A stretch of DNA of 64,000 bases from Heterodontus francisci. Its lineage: Eukaryota. Every line of letters begins with the position of its first letter. Positions within the stretch are counted from its first letter, which is position 1. The notes under the pieces were generated by a model that searched no databases, was not told the DNA's origin, and saw only the letters and a list, made by a program, of their open reading frames with translations. Made by a program: the position numbers and the translations under genes. This document shows, in pieces, positions 61,945 through 64,000 of this stretch. The stretch is taken from positions 71,740,893 through 71,804,892 of the forward strand of contig NC_090394.1 in NCBI RefSeq assembly GCF_036365525.1, written 5' to 3'.

Positions 61945-63943
61945 CCACTTGGAAGAAACACTGAATACACTCTGGGTGGGATACTTCAATGTTCATCACA
62001 GAGTGCCTTGGTAACACCATAACCAACCAAGCTGGTCGAGTCCTGACCGATGTCAGACATTAGCTGCAGGTGGTCAGAGAACCAATACGAGGGAAAAACC
62101 AGCTTGACCTCGTCCTCATCAACCTATCTGTTGCAGATGCACATGACAGTATTGGTAGGAGTGACTACCTCACGGTCCTTGTGAAGACTAAGTTCCATCT
62201 TCACACTAAGGACACCCTCCATTGAGTTGTGTGGAACAACCACCATGCTAAATGGGATAGGTTCAGAACAGCTCTATCAGCTCAAAACTGGGCATCTAAG
62301 CGACGCTGTGGGCCATCACAAGTTGCAGAATTATATTCCACCACAATTGTAACCTCATGGCCTGGCATATCCTTCACTCTACCTTACCATCGAGTCAAGG
62401 GACCAACCCTGGTTTAATGAGGAGTGTAGAAGAGCATGCTCAAGAAGGAGCACCAGGCATACCTAACAGTGAGGGGCCAAGCTAGTGAAACTACAACACA
62501 GGACTGCATCCACGCTAACAGTAGAAGCAGCTTGCTATAGCCAGAGCTAAGCAATCCCACAACCAACAGATCAGATCAAAGTTCTGCAATTCTACCACAT
62601 CCAGTTGCGAATGGTGGTGGGCAGTTGAACAACTCAGGAGGAGGAGGCTCCATGAAGATTCCCATCCTCAATGATGGCAGAGCCCAGTATGTGAGTGCAA
62701 AAGACGAGATTGAAGCAGTTGCAACTGTCTTCAGCCAGAAGTGCCGAGTGGATGATCCATCTCTGCCTCCTCCTGAGGTCCCCACCATAACAGAAGCCAA
62801 TCTTTAGCTAATTCGATTAATGCCACATGATATCAAGAAACGGCTAAGCACATTGTATACAGCAAAGGCTATGGGCCCCGGCAACATCCCAGTTGGAGTG
62901 CTGAAGACTCCAGAACCAGCTGAGCCTCTAGTCAAGCTGTTCCAAAACTGCTACAACGCTGGCATCTACCCGACAAAGTCCTTAGATAATGAAGCAGTCC
63001 ATGCCTACATGCAACAAGACCTGGATAGCATTCAGGCTTGGGTTAATAAGTGGCAATTAACAGTCATGCCACAGAAGTGCCAGGCAATGACCATCTCTCC
63101 AACACGAGAAAATGTAACCACCTCCCCTTGACATTCAGTGGCATTCTTTAGCCTGCTTGTCTCGAGAGACAATGGGTAAGCGCCTGGAGATGGTCAGTGG
63201 TTTGTGAAGCAGTGCCTGGAGTGGCTATAAAGGCCAATTCTAGAGTGACAGGCTGTTCCACAGGTGCTGCAGATAAAATTGGTTGATGGGGCATTACCAT
63301 CATTGAATCCCCCACCTTCAATATCCTGGAGGGGGGTCATCATTGACCAGAAACTTAACTGGATCAGCCACATAATAAATAATGTGGCTACAACAGCATG
63401 TTAGAGGCTGGGAATTCTGCAGCAAGTGACTCACCACGTGGCTCCCCAAAGCTTTTCCACCATCTACAAAACACAAGTCAGGAGTGTGATGGAATACTCT
63501 CCACTTGTCTGGATGAGTGCATCTTCAACAACACTTGAGAAACTTGCGCCATCCAGGATAATGCAGCCCATTTTATCGGCGCCCTATCCGCCACCTTAAA
63601 CATTCGCACCCTCCTCTACCGCTGTAGCATAGCTGAAGTGTGTATCATTTACAATAGTGCAAATGTACTGCAGTAACTCGCCAAGGCTTCTTTGGCACCT
63701 CCCAACCCCACATCCTCTACCACCCTGAAGGGCAAGGGCAGCAGGCACATGGGAACACCACCAGCTGCAAGTTCCCTTCCAAGTCACACCCCATCCTGAC
63801 ATGGAAACATATCGCCATTCCTTCATTGTTGCAGTTCAAGAAGGTGGCTAACCACCACTTTTTCAAAGACAATTGAGGATAGGTAATAAATGCTGGCCTT
63901 GCCAGTGATGCTGTGAATGTGAATGAATAAATTTGAAAAAAAA
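61945..63943 (+). mobile_element. Family B LINE (endonuclease to 3' tail, internal RT deletion)
   Basis: LWVGYFNVHH, REPIRGKNQLDLVL, GRSDY (endonuclease); KAMGPGNIP (RT start); YKTQVRSVMEYSPLVW; characteristic 3' tail. Confidence 0.88.
63146..63289 (-). mobile_element. RTE 3' tail (second RTE subfamily)
   Basis: Minus strand FICSTCGTACHSRIGLYSHSRHC; 6-bp TSD GGCATT (63140-63145, 63290-63295). Confidence 0.88.
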
Positions 63944-64000
63944 GGTTAAATGTAAATCATCTTTGACTAACTTGATTGAGTTTTTTGATATAACAGAGAG

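Larger units (their letters stand above)
61290..64000 (+). mobile_element. CR1 fragment interrupted by a family B LINE
   Basis: RAPWMTKDIEIKMKQK, AKRVYENKLA..KGTQK at 61330-61520; resumes at ~63944 with KSSLTNLIEFF. Confidence 0.8.

Overview
Repeat-dense vertebrate intronic DNA, almost certainly from a shark or other cartilaginous fish (HE1/V-SINEs, SacSINE1-type DeuSINEs, shark CR1s); the species cannot be fixed from sequence alone. The only host coding sequence I can support is one 62-bp exon of PRKAR1B (57482-57543, + strand, [20 protein letters not shown]), which the ORF track misses, so the rest is most likely flanking intron. Most of the window is nested, decayed transposable elements: CR1 LINEs, a second CR1/L2-group LINE family, RTE fragments, a near-complete Neptune-type Penelope-like element with a 16-bp TSD, a full-length Gmr1-like Gypsy element (SCAN-like gag, PR-IN-RT-RH order, tRNA-Pro-like PBS, GTCC TSD), several solo LTRs, three Harbinger remnants plus MITEs, and two hAT MITEs. 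The most interesting signal is a set of minimal hammerhead-ribozyme motifs carried by the Penelope element and by short (about 150-200 bp) non-coding derivatives, one with its own 15-bp TSD. Nearly all ORF-track entries are TE fragments or chance ORFs. Family assignments come from motif recognition, not database searches, and boundaries without a stated TSD are approximate.
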